From the NCBI GenBank assembly GCA_963665295.1, contig OY762209.1, forward strand, positions 4,384,001-4,448,000: 64,000 bases of DNA. The letters are read 5' to 3'. The DNA comes from Syntrophorhabdaceae bacterium (lineage in GTDB: Bacteria; Desulfobacterota; Syntrophorhabdia; Syntrophorhabdales; Syntrophorhabdaceae). Below the pieces are notes generated by a model. The model had not been told where the DNA came from and made no database searches. It was given only the letters and a program-made list of their open reading frames with translations. The first letter of the stretch is position 1. Each line of letters begins with the position of its first letter. This document shows, one piece after another, positions 1 to 10,157 of this stretch. The position numbers and the translations under genes are program-made.

Positions 1-384
1 GACCTCAAGGGAGATGACGATGGAAATAAGCTCGACCGAACTCACGAGCATCATAAGTCCGAGCACGGAAAAAGAGAGGAACATAAAGTATTCCGCTATG
101 TACTCTCCCTCGATGTCATCCGTTCTGTCGATCATAAAAATAACCATACACAGCCCGAAGGCAAGCATCACCTTAAAGAGCTGCGAAAAAAGGTCCACAC
201 TATAGGCGCCGTTAAACAACTGCGCCTTCGCCGGGATACAAAAAACAGCCAGCACCAGAGGCACCAGAGCGGCTACCCTTAAGAGGGGAAGAGACACCCC
301 TCCTCTGCCTTTGTTCAGAGATACGAACACAAAGATCACCGCGAGGAGGAGAACGGATATTTCAGGAAGCACAAACGTAAGCAT
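1..384 (-). CDS. nuoN: NADH-quinone oxidoreductase subunit N (5' part; runs off the window edge)
   Basis: Manual translation from ATG at 384 gives MLTFVLPEISVLLLAVIF...DLFSQLFK...EYFMFLSFSVLGLMMLVSSVELISIVISLEV, a typical NuoN N-terminus. Directly follows nuoM. Confidence 0.88.
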   Translation of the reverse strand, partial: MLTFVLPEISVLLLAVIFVFVSLNKGRGGVSLPLLRVAALVPLVLAVFCIPAKAQLFNGAYSVDLFSQLFKVMLAFGLCMVIFMIDRTDDIEGEYIAEYFMFLSFSVLGLMMLVSSVELISIVISLEV

Positions 385-395
385 AATCGGACCCC

Positions 396-1889
396 TTAAT
401 GGAGATAATTCTGTAATTGGCTGCTGAGATGCGCCAGCGTCTTTTCCACGGTCAATACAAAGGGACGGGGAAAGAGACCCATCCAGATTACAAATACCAC
501 TAACGGGGCGAGATAGACGATTTCCCTCAGATTCATATCGGGAATCAACCTCTTATCCTCTCTGCCCCACACAATCTGCTTTAAGAGACGAAGCATATAT
601 GCTGCGGCAATGATCGCGCCCACCACCGCAAAAAACCCCGCTACCTTGTTGTTGATGAATGTGCCTATGAGTACGTATAACTCACCGACAAAGTTATTGG
701 TGCCCGGGAAGGCGAAGGACGAGATCGCGAAAACACCGAAGAAACCCACGTATATGGGCATAATCTTACTGAGCCCCGAGTTGTCGTAAATCTCCCTGCT
801 GTGAGTGCGCTCATAAATGATACCCACACAGAGAAAGAGTCCTCCTGTGGTAATTCCGTGGTTAAGCATCTGCAGGAGCGCCCCTTCGAATCCGAACAGA
901 GTGAGACAAAAGATACCCAAGGTGGCAAAACCCATATGTGCGACGCTTGAATACGCAATCAGTTTCTTCATATCGGTCTGGCTGAGGCACACGAACCCGC
1001 CGTATATGATCCCGATCACGGACAGTATGATCATTAGAGGTGCAAAGTAGACACTTGCCTTCGGCGTCATAGGCAAGCAGAATCTCAGAAATCCGTAGGT
1101 CCCCATCTTAAGAAGCACACTTGCCAGGAAAACACTACCCACCGTAGGCGCCTCCGTATGCGCAGCAGGCAACCACGTATGAAATGGAAACATGGGCACC
1201 TTGATGGCGAAGGCCAGGGCAAATGCGAGAAACACCCACATTTGAAAGTTGAAACTATAATCTCTGAACATGGCTTCGGGAATGCTGAAGGTTCCCGTGG
1301 CGAGATAGATCGCAATGATGGCGACAAGGAGAAATACGCTTCCGAAAAGCGTGTATATGAAGAACTTGATGGATGCATAGTCTTTCTTCGGCCCGCCCCA
1401 TACGGCTATGAGGAGGTACATGGGAATAAGCATGGCCTCCCAGAACACATAGAACAATATGAAATCAAGGGCACAGAAAACCCCGATCATGGCGGTTTCC
1501 ATCATCAGAATGCAGAACATGAACTCCTTCACCCTGAGTTGGATGGCCTTCCACGAAGAGAGCACGCATAAAGGCGTGAGCATCGTCGTGAGAAGAATCA
1601 GGAAAATCGTGATTCCATCAATACCAAGAACATAATTAATATTGTACGCTGGTATCCAGGGGATCAGTTCCGCGAACTGAAACATGTGGGTGGACGAATT
1701 GAAATTTGTATAAAGAGCGAGAGAGATAAGGAAATTGATGATTCCCGTAACCAGGGCAGTTACCTTTATAGCCCTGTCGTTCCTGAGGAGCAGAAGCACG
1801 CATGCCCCCACCAACGGCAGAAATATCGTGGTCGAAAGGATCGGAAAGCTGAGGGGATTCATTATGAGAAATTGGTCCGTACGCATCAT
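396..1889 (-). CDS. nuoM: NADH-quinone oxidoreductase subunit M
   Basis: Motifs LFYVFWEAMLIPMY, AIKVPMFPFHTWLPAAH, LLKMGTYG, KKLIAYSSVAHMG; hydrophobic, 497 aa. Start may be the Met a few codons downstream. Confidence 0.93.
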   Translation of the reverse strand: MMRTDQFLIMNPLSFPILSTTIFLPLVGACVLLLLRNDRAIKVTALVTGIINFLISLALYTNFNSSTHMFQFAELIPWIPAYNINYVLGIDGITIFLILLTTMLTPLCVLSSWKAIQLRVKEFMFCILMMETAMIGVFCALDFILFYVFWEAMLIPMYLLIAVWGGPKKDYASIKFFIYTLFGSVFLLVAIIAIYLATGTFSIPEAMFRDYSFNFQMWVFLAFALAFAIKVPMFPFHTWLPAAHTEAPTVGSVFLASVLLKMGTYGFLRFCLPMTPKASVYFAPLMIILSVIGIIYGGFVCLSQTDMKKLIAYSSVAHMGFATLGIFCLTLFGFEGALLQMLNHGITTGGLFLCVGIIYERTHSREIYDNSGLSKIMPIYVGFFGVFAISSFAFPGTNNFVGELYVLIGTFINNKVAGFFAVVGAIIAAAYMLRLLKQIVWGREDKRLIPDMNLREIVYLAPLVVFVIWMGLFPRPFVLTVEKTLAHLSSQLQNYLH

Positions 1890-1893
1890 TTAT

Positions 1894-3654
1894 TTACCTG
1901 CCCATTATAATAAACCAGACGATGAAGAAGAAAATGAATAAAGACATCCCGATATAGGCCTGAACCTTTCCGGTCTGCAGCTTCCTGACCACAAAACCCA
2001 AGGTCCTCACTGAAACTGCTGATCCGTCCACCACGCCGTCAATGATATGCTGGTCAAAGGCATAGGAAGCTTTTGCTTTTGCAAAAAGACTCCTCAATCC
2101 TACCGTCCGATACAGCTCGCCCCAGAAAGCGTCCACGGGCGCAATAATCCTGTTGTCAACCCACAGGAAAGCCCTACCTCCCTTTCTGTAGAAGTAATCC
2201 ACATCCAGGTTCATCTTATCCTCGGGTGTCAGTTTCTTCACCAACAGGAAGAACACGAGTCCTGTAAAAGAAAGGATCTGCAGCATCTCCGCGAAATGAT
2301 GCGATGTGTACGGGTGATACTCCGCCTTGAACGGAAGAAGTACATACAATGCGCCGGGAAACACACCGATAAGGAAACACAGAGCTGACGTAAGGCCCAT
2401 AGCCCAAAGCATGTTCTTTGGAGGTTCTTTTGCCTTTATAGGCGCTTCCTTCCCGAAGAACGCAAAGTAGGTCACTTTCAAACCAACGGAGAGGAACGTA
2501 CCGATACCCGCCAGGTTCATGAAGGTGAAGAGCCACAGCCGCCCCGTCTCGTGGGCCGACGCGGTAATCATCGACTTGCTCACAAAACCGCTGAAGAACG
2601 GGAAGCCGGAAATGGATATAGCCCCCACTATGTAGAAAATCATGGTAACAGGCATATATTTGTAAAGGCCACCCAACTGAGACAGCTTTGCCGTGCCCGT
2701 CATGTAGAGAATGGACCCGGCACCCATGAACAGAAGCGCTTTATAAAGTATGTGAGCGAAGGCGTGGGCGCACGCCCCGTTGAGCGCCAACTCCGTGCCG
2801 ATCCCCACTCCCGCCACCATGTAGCCGACCTGACTTACTATATGGTACGCAAGAACCCTGCGGATATCGTTTTCTATCACGGCGTAAAACACCCCGTAGA
2901 CTGTCATTGCCGTCCCAAGAATCGCGAGGATCTCGAAGCCTGCAAATCCCCTCGCGAGCACATAAACTGCTGTTTTCGTGGTAAAGGCGCACATGAGAAC
3001 CGCCCCTTCCACGGTCGACTCCGGATACGCGTCGGGTAGCCATGCATGGAGCGGTATCACCGCAGCGTTAAGGGAGAATCCGGCGAGGATCAGATACTCC
3101 GCCAGTCCCGCCTGCTCCTGCAAAATCCTCGTGAAAACGAAGTTACCCGTCTTCCCGTAGTAAAGCATCATACCCATGAACAAACAGAGTCCGCCGAATA
3201 TGTGCACCAGGAGATACCGGTATCCCGCATCGACCGACTTCTGTTCTCTTCTGTACCAGACCAGGAAGACCGACGAGAACGCCATGACCTCCCAGAAGAT
3301 GAACAGTGTCAGATAATCTCCCGCGAATATGGCCCCGAGTGATCCGCCGATATAGAAGGATCCGGCTATGTAATGACCGTCCTCCTTGCGGTGAAGGCCG
3401 TACAGGGCGCCCAGGAATGCCATGATCGTAAAGACCCATGCGAAAACCAGACTGAGTTTGTCCACCCTGCCTAAAACGATGTCCGTATTGAGAAACCGGA
3501 TCGACCCAAAGACTCCCTCCTGCATGAGGGCCACGTCAATGATAGAGAGAATCGGGATGAGAAGGGCGAAACCCTTCTTTGCCTTGCCCTTAAAAAGGGG
3601 AAGGAGAAGACTCCCGATAAAGAAAAAGATTGCCGGATGCACCCACTTATCCAT
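1894..3654 (-). CDS. Na+/H+ antiporter subunit D-family / NuoL-like proton-translocating subunit with C-terminal extension
   Basis: Motifs FWEVMAFSS, PLHAWLPDAYPE, FTTKTAVY, RRVLAYHIVSQVGYM; NuoL-like tail DQHIIDGVVDG...LQTGKVQAY. Start set at MDKWV (3654), overlapping the stop of the upstream small ORF. Confidence 0.85.
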   Translation of the reverse strand: MDKWVHPAIFFFIGSLLLPLFKGKAKKGFALLIPILSIIDVALMQEGVFGSIRFLNTDIVLGRVDKLSLVFAWVFTIMAFLGALYGLHRKEDGHYIAGSFYIGGSLGAIFAGDYLTLFIFWEVMAFSSVFLVWYRREQKSVDAGYRYLLVHIFGGLCLFMGMMLYYGKTGNFVFTRILQEQAGLAEYLILAGFSLNAAVIPLHAWLPDAYPESTVEGAVLMCAFTTKTAVYVLARGFAGFEILAILGTAMTVYGVFYAVIENDIRRVLAYHIVSQVGYMVAGVGIGTELALNGACAHAFAHILYKALLFMGAGSILYMTGTAKLSQLGGLYKYMPVTMIFYIVGAISISGFPFFSGFVSKSMITASAHETGRLWLFTFMNLAGIGTFLSVGLKVTYFAFFGKEAPIKAKEPPKNMLWAMGLTSALCFLIGVFPGALYVLLPFKAEYHPYTSHHFAEMLQILSFTGLVFFLLVKKLTPEDKMNLDVDYFYRKGGRAFLWVDNRIIAPVDAFWGELYRTVGLRSLFAKAKASYAFDQHIIDGVVDGSAVSVRTLGFVVRKLQTGKVQAYIGMSLFIFFFIVWFIIMGR

Positions 3655-3892
3655 AGAAATCCTCGTCCTTTGCCAGAAATAAATGGGCAATGCCCTTTGC
3701 TACCTTAATGAGGAGGAAACAGCCCACTATTCCGAACAGGGTCCAGAAGGCGTAAATCTTGTCGATGAGGTAGTGGGCATGGGCCCTCGACAGCATCACA
3801 TCGAACAGTACCAAAGCAACCAGATAGATAATCAATACCTTCTTCAGGGCTGCCATGTGCGATCTTAAAAACTCGATATACCTTAGTATCAT
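3647..3892 (-). CDS. Small two-TM membrane protein of the complex I-like operon
   Basis: 81 aa with two hydrophobic segments, ending KGIAHLFLAKDEDFYG. Overlaps both flanking genes by a few bases, suggesting translational coupling. Confidence 0.75.
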   Translation of the reverse strand: MILRYIEFLRSHMAALKKVLIIYLVALVLFDVMLSRAHAHYLIDKIYAFWTLFGIVGCFLLIKVAKGIAHLFLAKDEDFYG

Positions 3893-5361
3893 GAGAAGAG
3901 CCTTCCTATGAGGTGCGTGAAAAAGCCCGGGAAAAGACCAAGGGCAACAGAAATCAGAGATGCCAGCACAAGGGGAACTACCATTGTCATGGGCGCTTCC
4001 TTAATGCCTGCCTTAGTCCAGCCGTGTTTCCTCCCCTGAAAGAATGCCCTTATGGTTATGGGAGCGAAATACGCCACGTTCAGGATCGTGCTCGCCATAA
4101 GGACAATCAATATGGGAATGTTATGGATCTCGAGGGCGCCGTTCAAAAGGTACCATTTCGTGACGAAACCCGCCACGGGAGGCGCGCCGATCATACTCAA
4201 CGAACCAATGGCGAAGGCACCCATAGTAAAGGGCATGGCGTAGCCTATACCCGCCATATCGCTGATCTTCTTCTTGTGAGTGGCCACATAAATCGCCCCG
4301 GCACAGAAGAAGAGGGTGATCTTGCTGAATCCGTGATTGACGATGTGAAGCACCCCGCCTGTAATGCCCGACACATCAAGAAGGGCGACACCCAGGATAA
4401 CGTAGGAGAGCTGACTTACCGTAGAGTAGGCAAGCCGTGCCTTGAGGTCATCCTTCGTGAGAGCGATAATGGACGCCACCAGGATCGTGAATGAAACCAC
4501 ATAGGCCGTACACAGGCCGAGATTGAGGTTCTGAAGTAACTCAACTCCAAAGGTAGAGAGCATGACCCTCGTTATACAGAACACGCCGGCCTTCACGACT
4601 GCGACTGCATGGAGCAGCGCGCTTACCGGTGTGGGAGCGACCATTGCAGAGGGGAGCCAATTGTGGAGAGGCATGATCGCGGCCTTCGCGAACCCCGCGA
4701 TAAAGAGCACGTACGTGACGCTCACCCACACGCTATCCGCGTTTTTGGGGAAGATTCCTCCTGTTATATTGTCTGCGAAATCCAACGTCCCCGTGAACAC
4801 ATAGGTGAGAACCACGGCTGGAAGGAGAAAACCCTTCGACGTTCCCATGAGGTATACGATGTATTTCTTTGCCCCAGCGTATCCTTCCCGATCCTGGTGG
4901 TGGGCGACAAGGGGATATGTAAAAATTGTGATAACCTCATAGAACAGGTAAAGTGAGAAAAGGCTTCCCGAGAAGGCGACTCCCTGCGCTCCCAGGATGG
5001 CGATGGCGAAACACGTATAATACCGCGTCTGCGCGTGTTCATCCAAAGACCTCATGTACCCGATGTTATAGGAGGTCGCGAAGATCCATAGAAAGGACGA
5101 CACGATGCCGAAGATCAACGATAGCGCATCGACTCTGAAGTTAAGCGAAATACCCGGCGCGATAGATGACAGGGTGTAGACAATCCTGCCGCCGTGCATC
5201 ACTAGGGGCACCATGGCCGCTACGGATATGAAGGTCAGCACCGCGCCCGCCAGTGACCAGAATTCGCGGACGTTCGGCTTCTTCCCCGACAACGATATGA
5301 GAAGGGTCGTTATGAGTACGATTATTATAGGTATGAGAGGTTGTGCGCTTTCAATCAACAT
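3889..5361 (-). CDS. Monovalent cation/H+ antiporter subunit D family (MrpD-like) subunit
   Basis: Motifs LFYEVITIFTYPLVAH, AKAAIMPLHNWLPSAMVAPTPVSALLHAVAVVKAGVF, KARLAYSTVSQLSY. Confidence 0.87.
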   Translation of the reverse strand: MLIESAQPLIPIIIVLITTLLISLSGKKPNVREFWSLAGAVLTFISVAAMVPLVMHGGRIVYTLSSIAPGISLNFRVDALSLIFGIVSSFLWIFATSYNIGYMRSLDEHAQTRYYTCFAIAILGAQGVAFSGSLFSLYLFYEVITIFTYPLVAHHQDREGYAGAKKYIVYLMGTSKGFLLPAVVLTYVFTGTLDFADNITGGIFPKNADSVWVSVTYVLFIAGFAKAAIMPLHNWLPSAMVAPTPVSALLHAVAVVKAGVFCITRVMLSTFGVELLQNLNLGLCTAYVVSFTILVASIIALTKDDLKARLAYSTVSQLSYVILGVALLDVSGITGGVLHIVNHGFSKITLFFCAGAIYVATHKKKISDMAGIGYAMPFTMGAFAIGSLSMIGAPPVAGFVTKWYLLNGALEIHNIPILIVLMASTILNVAYFAPITIRAFFQGRKHGWTKAGIKEAPMTMVVPLVLASLISVALGLFPGFFTHLIGRLFS

Positions 5362-5367
5362 AGTCTA

Positions 5368-5694
5368 TCAGTCCTTCATCTCCTTGAGCTTATCGCCTTC
5401 AATATGCCCATACCGTCTGAATATAAGAATAATGATGCCAAGGGCGATGGCGGCCTCCGCTGCTGCGATACCCATAATGAAGAGGGTGAATATCTGGCCT
5501 GCCGTATCTCCCGCTCTGGTGAACCGATTGAAGGCTACAAAGTTAACGCCTGCACCATTCATAATCAGTTCAAGGGATATGAGCATCCCTATAAGGGTCC
5601 GTCTGTAGAAGAGACCCAGTATACCGGCACACAGGAGAAACAGGGCGACATAAAGGTAAATGCTCAGATTGTTGTAAAGGAGGGTTCCCGTCAT
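5368..5694 (-). CDS. nuoK: NADH-quinone oxidoreductase subunit K
   Basis: LISLELIMNGA, GQIFTLFIMGIAAAEAAIALG. Confidence 0.92.
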   Translation of the reverse strand: MTGTLLYNNLSIYLYVALFLLCAGILGLFYRRTLIGMLISLELIMNGAGVNFVAFNRFTRAGDTAGQIFTLFIMGIAAAEAAIALGIIILIFRRYGHIEGDKLKEMKD

Positions 5695-6200
5695 TTTTCC
5701 CCCTTAGAGAAAAGGGCAAGCATAATTGCGCCGATGATACTCACTACGATAAGTAGAGAGATTAGTTCGAAAGGAAGCATATAAGTGTCAAAAAGGGCTC
5801 TTCCGATGTCCTTCGTCGTGATGACCGACAACTTGTTCTCAGTCCGGAAGGTACCTTTGATGAAGGTGACAAATACGAAGAAGCTGAAAACCGGCACGAT
5901 GAGGGCGGTGAGAAGCTTGGATAACGAATTCCATCCTTTGGGCGCCTTCATGTGCAAGTAATGGGGCCCGGCTATCATCACCGCGAAAACGATGAGAATC
6001 GAGATGGCGCCCACGTATATGAGTATCTGCATCATGGCGATAAACGGGGCGTTCAGGTAAATGTAAAGACCCGAAATCCCGAACATGGTGATGATAAGGG
6101 AGATGAGTGCATAGATCATGGAGCTTGCCGCCGCAGTTGCAAGCGCACCAAAGAGGGTAACCGCAATCATAAGGATAAAGACAATTTCGCCGAAGGTCAT
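5691..6200 (-). CDS. nuoJ: NADH-quinone oxidoreductase subunit J
   Basis: QILIYVGAISILIVFAVM, YMLPFELISLL. Confidence 0.92.
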   Translation of the reverse strand: MTFGEIVFILMIAVTLFGALATAAASSMIYALISLIITMFGISGLYIYLNAPFIAMMQILIYVGAISILIVFAVMIAGPHYLHMKAPKGWNSLSKLLTALIVPVFSFFVFVTFIKGTFRTENKLSVITTKDIGRALFDTYMLPFELISLLIVVSIIGAIMLALFSKGEK

Positions 6201-6644
6201 CTATTTCCTCTTCTCATATTCTTTCACAAGGTCAAATTGACATCCTGCCCTGGTGTATACCGCGATATTGTAATCCGCAGAGAAAGCGAGGGCGTCCACG
6301 GGGCAGACCTCAACACATATGCCGCACTGACTGCACGTGGTGAAATCAAGAACATATTCAGTGCATGTCTTCTTTTTATCGCCTTCTTTCTTCTCTCCCT
6401 CGATCTTTTTTATTGTTCCTGAGGGACAAGCCTTGATGCACGCCATACACACGATGCACTTCGTACGCTCGGGTCTCTCATCGTCGCCGACGAGCTTCGT
6501 ATGACCACGGAACCTCGGCGCCATTTCAAAAGTCCGCCTCGGGTACTGCACGGTTACCACAGGCTGGAACATGGCCTTGATGGTGACTCCCAATCCTGCG
6601 ACAAGGGAGACCGCACCTTTTACGATTTCGAAAGGTAGTATCAT
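6201..6644 (-). CDS. nuoI: NADH-quinone oxidoreductase subunit I (2x[4Fe-4S])
   Basis: VTVQYP...RFRG, CIVCMACIKACP and CSQCGICVEVCP. Start placed at the ATGA overlap with the nuoH stop. Confidence 0.9.
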   Translation of the reverse strand: MILPFEIVKGAVSLVAGLGVTIKAMFQPVVTVQYPRRTFEMAPRFRGHTKLVGDDERPERTKCIVCMACIKACPSGTIKKIEGEKKEGDKKKTCTEYVLDFTTCSQCGICVEVCPVDALAFSADYNIAVYTRAGCQFDLVKEYEKRK

Positions 6645-7615
6645 AAGAGCTTTAACATTCCTCCCGTTAAGAGCAGCCATAGAAACGAAACCGGTATCAG
6701 TATCTTCCAGGAGAAGTTGAGGAGTTGATCAAATCTGACCCTCGGGAAGGTCCACCTGAACCAGACGATGACGAAGACAAGGCTGAAGGATTTTATGAAG
6801 AACCAGATGATTCCCGGCAGAAAGGGTCCCTGATAGCCGCCCAGGAAGAAAGTCACGGCAACGGCGCTTATAATGAATATGTTCGTGTACTCGGCAAGAA
6901 AGAAGAGTGCAAACCTCATTCCCGAATACTCCGTGTGAAAACCCGCCACCAATTCACTCTCTGCCTCGGCAAGATCGAAGGGCGTCCTGTTCGTTTCGGC
7001 TACGCCTGCAATGAAATAGATGAGGAAGGGAATGGGGTGGTACAGGATGAACCAGCTTCCCTTCTGCGCCTCCACAACGTCCTTGAGGGAAAAGGAACCG
7101 CACATGAGGATGACCGGCAGAAGGGCCAGGAGAAGGGGTATCTCGTAGGCGATATTCTGAGCGACACTTCTCATGGCGCCGATGATCGAATACTTGTTGT
7201 TTGATCCCCAACCCGCAACAAGCAAAGACAGCACCGACAGGGAAGAGAAGGCGAAGATCACCAGGATTCCCACGTTAATGTCTTTTACCTGGAGGAAGGA
7301 GTCAAAGGGTATCACCACAAAGGACACAAGAACAGGGATGAAGATAAGGATGGGGGCCAGGAAGTAAAGCGGTCTCTCCACGTGCTTAGGGGTGATAATA
7401 TCCTTGCCCAGCAATTTCAGCCCGTCGGCAATAGCCTGAATAAGACCGAAAGGACCAACTTCCTTGGGGCCTATCCTCCTTTGCATATGCGCTGAAACCT
7501 TACGTTCCACCCACGTAAGTATGAGTGTGTTGACCACCACCATGGCGATTACGCCCACGAGACCGATGACGGTCCTTACCACTTCCGCTCCCAGTATGTT
7601 TATGATCTCGTTCAT
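6641..7615 (-). CDS. nuoH: NADH-quinone oxidoreductase subunit H
   Basis: ERKVSAHMQRRIGP, AETNRTPFDLAEAESELVAGFHTEYSG, PRVRFDQL. Confidence 0.95.
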   Translation of the reverse strand: MNEIINILGAEVVRTVIGLVGVIAMVVVNTLILTWVERKVSAHMQRRIGPKEVGPFGLIQAIADGLKLLGKDIITPKHVERPLYFLAPILIFIPVLVSFVVIPFDSFLQVKDINVGILVIFAFSSLSVLSLLVAGWGSNNKYSIIGAMRSVAQNIAYEIPLLLALLPVILMCGSFSLKDVVEAQKGSWFILYHPIPFLIYFIAGVAETNRTPFDLAEAESELVAGFHTEYSGMRFALFFLAEYTNIFIISAVAVTFFLGGYQGPFLPGIIWFFIKSFSLVFVIVWFRWTFPRVRFDQLLNFSWKILIPVSFLWLLLTGGMLKLL

Positions 7616-7649
7616 TCGTTTATCTTCTCAGCTTCGCGCGTCACGTTTT

Positions 7650-9224
7650 TCACCTGTCTATCTCCGGTATGACAAGATCAAGGCTTCCCAATATGGAAAT
7701 GGAGTCCGAGAGAAGGGTCCCCTCTGCAAGATACGGAAAAACTATGAGGTTCGAGAAAGAGGGCACCCGCCACCTCATTCTATATGGCGTGTCGGTCCCG
7801 TCACTCACGATGTACACCCCGACCTCTCCCCGTGGGGATTCGACTGTATGGTATACGTCACCCACAGGGGGCTTCATCTTCTTGGGAACCTTTTCTGCGA
7901 CAAAAGGACCGTCGGAAAGGATCTCCAGCGCCTGTTCTATTATTTTCATGCTTACTTCCATGTCGTGCACCCTGATCATGTACCTGTCGAGGGCGTCGCC
8001 GCTTGTTTCGCACGGCACGTCGAAGTTCAGCCGGTCATAGGCCGCGTAAGGCTCCGCTTTTCTGATATCATACGGGATGCCCACACTTCGAAGCACGGGG
8101 CCGGAAAAACCGTATTTTCTGGCTTTCTCCGCGTTCAGGATGCCTATGCCCTTGGTTCTGTTGATGAAAATGACATTTTTGGTAACGAGGGTCTCGTACA
8201 TTTTCAACCGACCGTACATGCGTTTTACAAATGCCCTGGTTCGATCGACAAACTCCTCGTCCACATCATTGTATAGCCCGCCGAATCTCATGTAGCAGTA
8301 GGTGAGCCTCGATCCCGTTACCCTCTCAAGGATATCGTTGATCAACTCCCTGTCGTCGAATATATAAAGGAAAGGTGTGAGCCCTCCAAGGTCTGCGAGG
8401 TAGGCGCCAAGCCAGAGGAGATGGCTTGATATTCTGTTCAGCTCTATAGTGAGCGTCCTCAGCACCTGTGCCCTCTCGGGGACCGCAATGTTGCAGAGTT
8501 TCTCCACGGTGCATACGTAGGCCGCATTAAAACTCATGGGACCCAGGTAATCCATCCTTCCCGTGTTAGGCAGGAACTGCATGTACCCGCGGTTCTCGCC
8601 CATCTTCTCCTGCATGCGGTGGAGGTATCCCAGGACGGGTTCAGCGGACATTACGTACTCGCCGTCCATTTTCAGGACGACTCTCAGCACTCCGTGTGTG
8701 CTTGGATGCTGAGGGCCAAGATTAATATTGAAGGCGTCTTCCTCTTCCCTTACTTTGAATGAAGCAAGACGTTCTCTATCCTCGGGCGGGACGAGCACCT
8801 TCCCCTTACGAAGGGGATAGATGTCTATACCGTCATGAAGGAAGAAATATCCCATATTAGGGTGCCCGTCAAACACTACTCCGAAGAACTCGTGAATCTC
8901 CCTCTCATACCACGCCGTACCGTCGAATATGGTCGACATAGTGTCCACATGGGGATTATCGGGGTCTACCTTGAGCGCTACCTTTACTCTGCACGGGGAT
9001 TGATAGCTGTTAAAAAAGTAGAGAACCTCCAGGTATTCCTTGTAATCGACGCAAAGCATATCTTCGAGATAGAACTTTTCGTCATCAAAGAATTGCACTA
9101 TGTTGCGGAGGTTGTCCTTCGACGCGGACACACTGACGTGGTAGCCTCTTTCCGAATAGGCTATTTCCGTGGGTTCCGCTCCGGCGACGGCCGTTTTGAG
9201 TTTTTGTATGACGTCTGTTACCAT
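7650..9224 (-). CDS. nuoCD: Fused NADH-quinone oxidoreductase subunit C/D
   Basis: NuoC motif [18 protein letters not shown], then NuoD motifs [19 protein letters not shown] and C-terminal EIDR. No Ni-binding CxxC pairs, so not a hydrogenase. Confidence 0.92.
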   Translation of the reverse strand: MVTDVIQKLKTAVAGAEPTEIAYSERGYHVSVSASKDNLRNIVQFFDDEKFYLEDMLCVDYKEYLEVLYFFNSYQSPCRVKVALKVDPDNPHVDTMSTIFDGTAWYEREIHEFFGVVFDGHPNMGYFFLHDGIDIYPLRKGKVLVPPEDRERLASFKVREEEDAFNINLGPQHPSTHGVLRVVLKMDGEYVMSAEPVLGYLHRMQEKMGENRGYMQFLPNTGRMDYLGPMSFNAAYVCTVEKLCNIAVPERAQVLRTLTIELNRISSHLLWLGAYLADLGGLTPFLYIFDDRELINDILERVTGSRLTYCYMRFGGLYNDVDEEFVDRTRAFVKRMYGRLKMYETLVTKNVIFINRTKGIGILNAEKARKYGFSGPVLRSVGIPYDIRKAEPYAAYDRLNFDVPCETSGDALDRYMIRVHDMEVSMKIIEQALEILSDGPFVAEKVPKKMKPPVGDVYHTVESPRGEVGVYIVSDGTDTPYRMRWRVPSFSNLIVFPYLAEGTLLSDSISILGSLDLVIPEIDR

Positions 9225-9730
9225 TTAGCCTCTGGTTTAGGGAATCGTCTTGTCCCGGTCAGTTTTTCTTCGAGTTTGAGGAAGCCTTCAAGAAGGGCTT
9301 CGGGTCTCGGGGGGCAACCGGGAACGTACACATCCACGGGGACGAGCTGGTCAACCCCTTCGATAACATTGTATTGACCCTCGAACAGAAAAGGGCCTCC
9401 CGATATGGCACAATTACCCATGGCTATTACCCATTTGGGTTCCGGCATTTGATCATACAGAGTTTTGAGGAGGGGCGCCATTTTCTTTGTGACAGTCCCT
9501 GAAACGATCATCACATCTGCCTGACGGGGGGATGCCCGGAAAATCTCAGCGCCGAATCTTGCCAGATCGAACCGTGCCATAGCCACTGCCATCATCTCGA
9601 TTGCGCAGCACGCAAGGCCGAAGGTCATGGGCCAGAGGGAGTTCGCACGGGCGAGATTGAGGACGTCGTCGAGAAGCGCGAATTTTATTATAGGATCTTT
9701 CGTTTCCAGGTAAACACTCCTTTTCCCCAC
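9218..9730 (-). CDS. nuoB: NADH-quinone oxidoreductase subunit B
   Basis: [35 protein letters not shown]. Start codon uncertain. Confidence 0.94.
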   Translation of the reverse strand: MGKRSVYLETKDPIIKFALLDDVLNLARANSLWPMTFGLACCAIEMMAVAMARFDLARFGAEIFRASPRQADVMIVSGTVTKKMAPLLKTLYDQMPEPKWVIAMGNCAISGGPFLFEGQYNVIEGVDQLVPVDVYVPGCPPRPEALLEGFLKLEEKLTGTRRFPKPEAKW

Positions 9731-10071
9731 GCATAGATTATGGCGAGAGCGAGAATGAGCACAAAGGCGAGGAGTGAGTAAAACTCGTAAACCTTGGCCC
9801 CTTTCGTGTAGCTCAACGCCACGGGGAAGAGATAAAGGACATCAACGTCAAAGGCTATGAATATGAGAGCGTATATATAATAGGCGGCGCTGTATCTGAT
9901 CCATGCACCGCCAAAAGGTTCAACGCCGCACTCATAGGTGGCAAAGGTTTTCTTGCCCCTTGTACGAGGTGCCAGGAGGTAGGAGATTCCTACGGGTACC
10001 AATGTGAAAATAATCGCCACCACGAAGAAAACAAGGACGTGAAAGAATTCCGGTAAGCTGTCCGCTATCAT
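9688..10071 (-). CDS. nuoA: NADH-quinone oxidoreductase subunit A
   Basis: [23 protein letters not shown]-terminal [10 protein letters not shown]. Confidence 0.93.
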   Translation of the reverse strand: MIADSLPEFFHVLVFFVVAIIFTLVPVGISYLLAPRTRGKKTFATYECGVEPFGGAWIRYSAAYYIYALIFIAFDVDVLYLFPVALSYTKGAKVYEFYSLLAFVLILALAIIYAWGKGVFTWKRKIL

Positions 10072-10139
10072 TGTAGGGTCTCCATTGTTAGCCTGTGGTT
10101 AATATTTAGTATGATTGCCGATCGTCTGTCAAGACATTT

Positions 10140-10157
10140 TTGTGAAAAGTTTCTCAT
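10140..10157. promoter_or_regulatory. Rex-like operator upstream of nuoA
   Basis: TTGTGAA-AAGT-TTCTCAT, 2 mismatches to TTGTGAA-N4-TTCACAA. Adjacent to a minus-strand TTGACA at 10127-10132. Confidence 0.45.

Noticed and set aside
7650..9224. Group 4 energy-converting hydrogenase interpretation of the nuo-like operon
   Set aside because: The NuoD part lacks both Ni-binding CxxC motifs, and nuoA/J/K are present.
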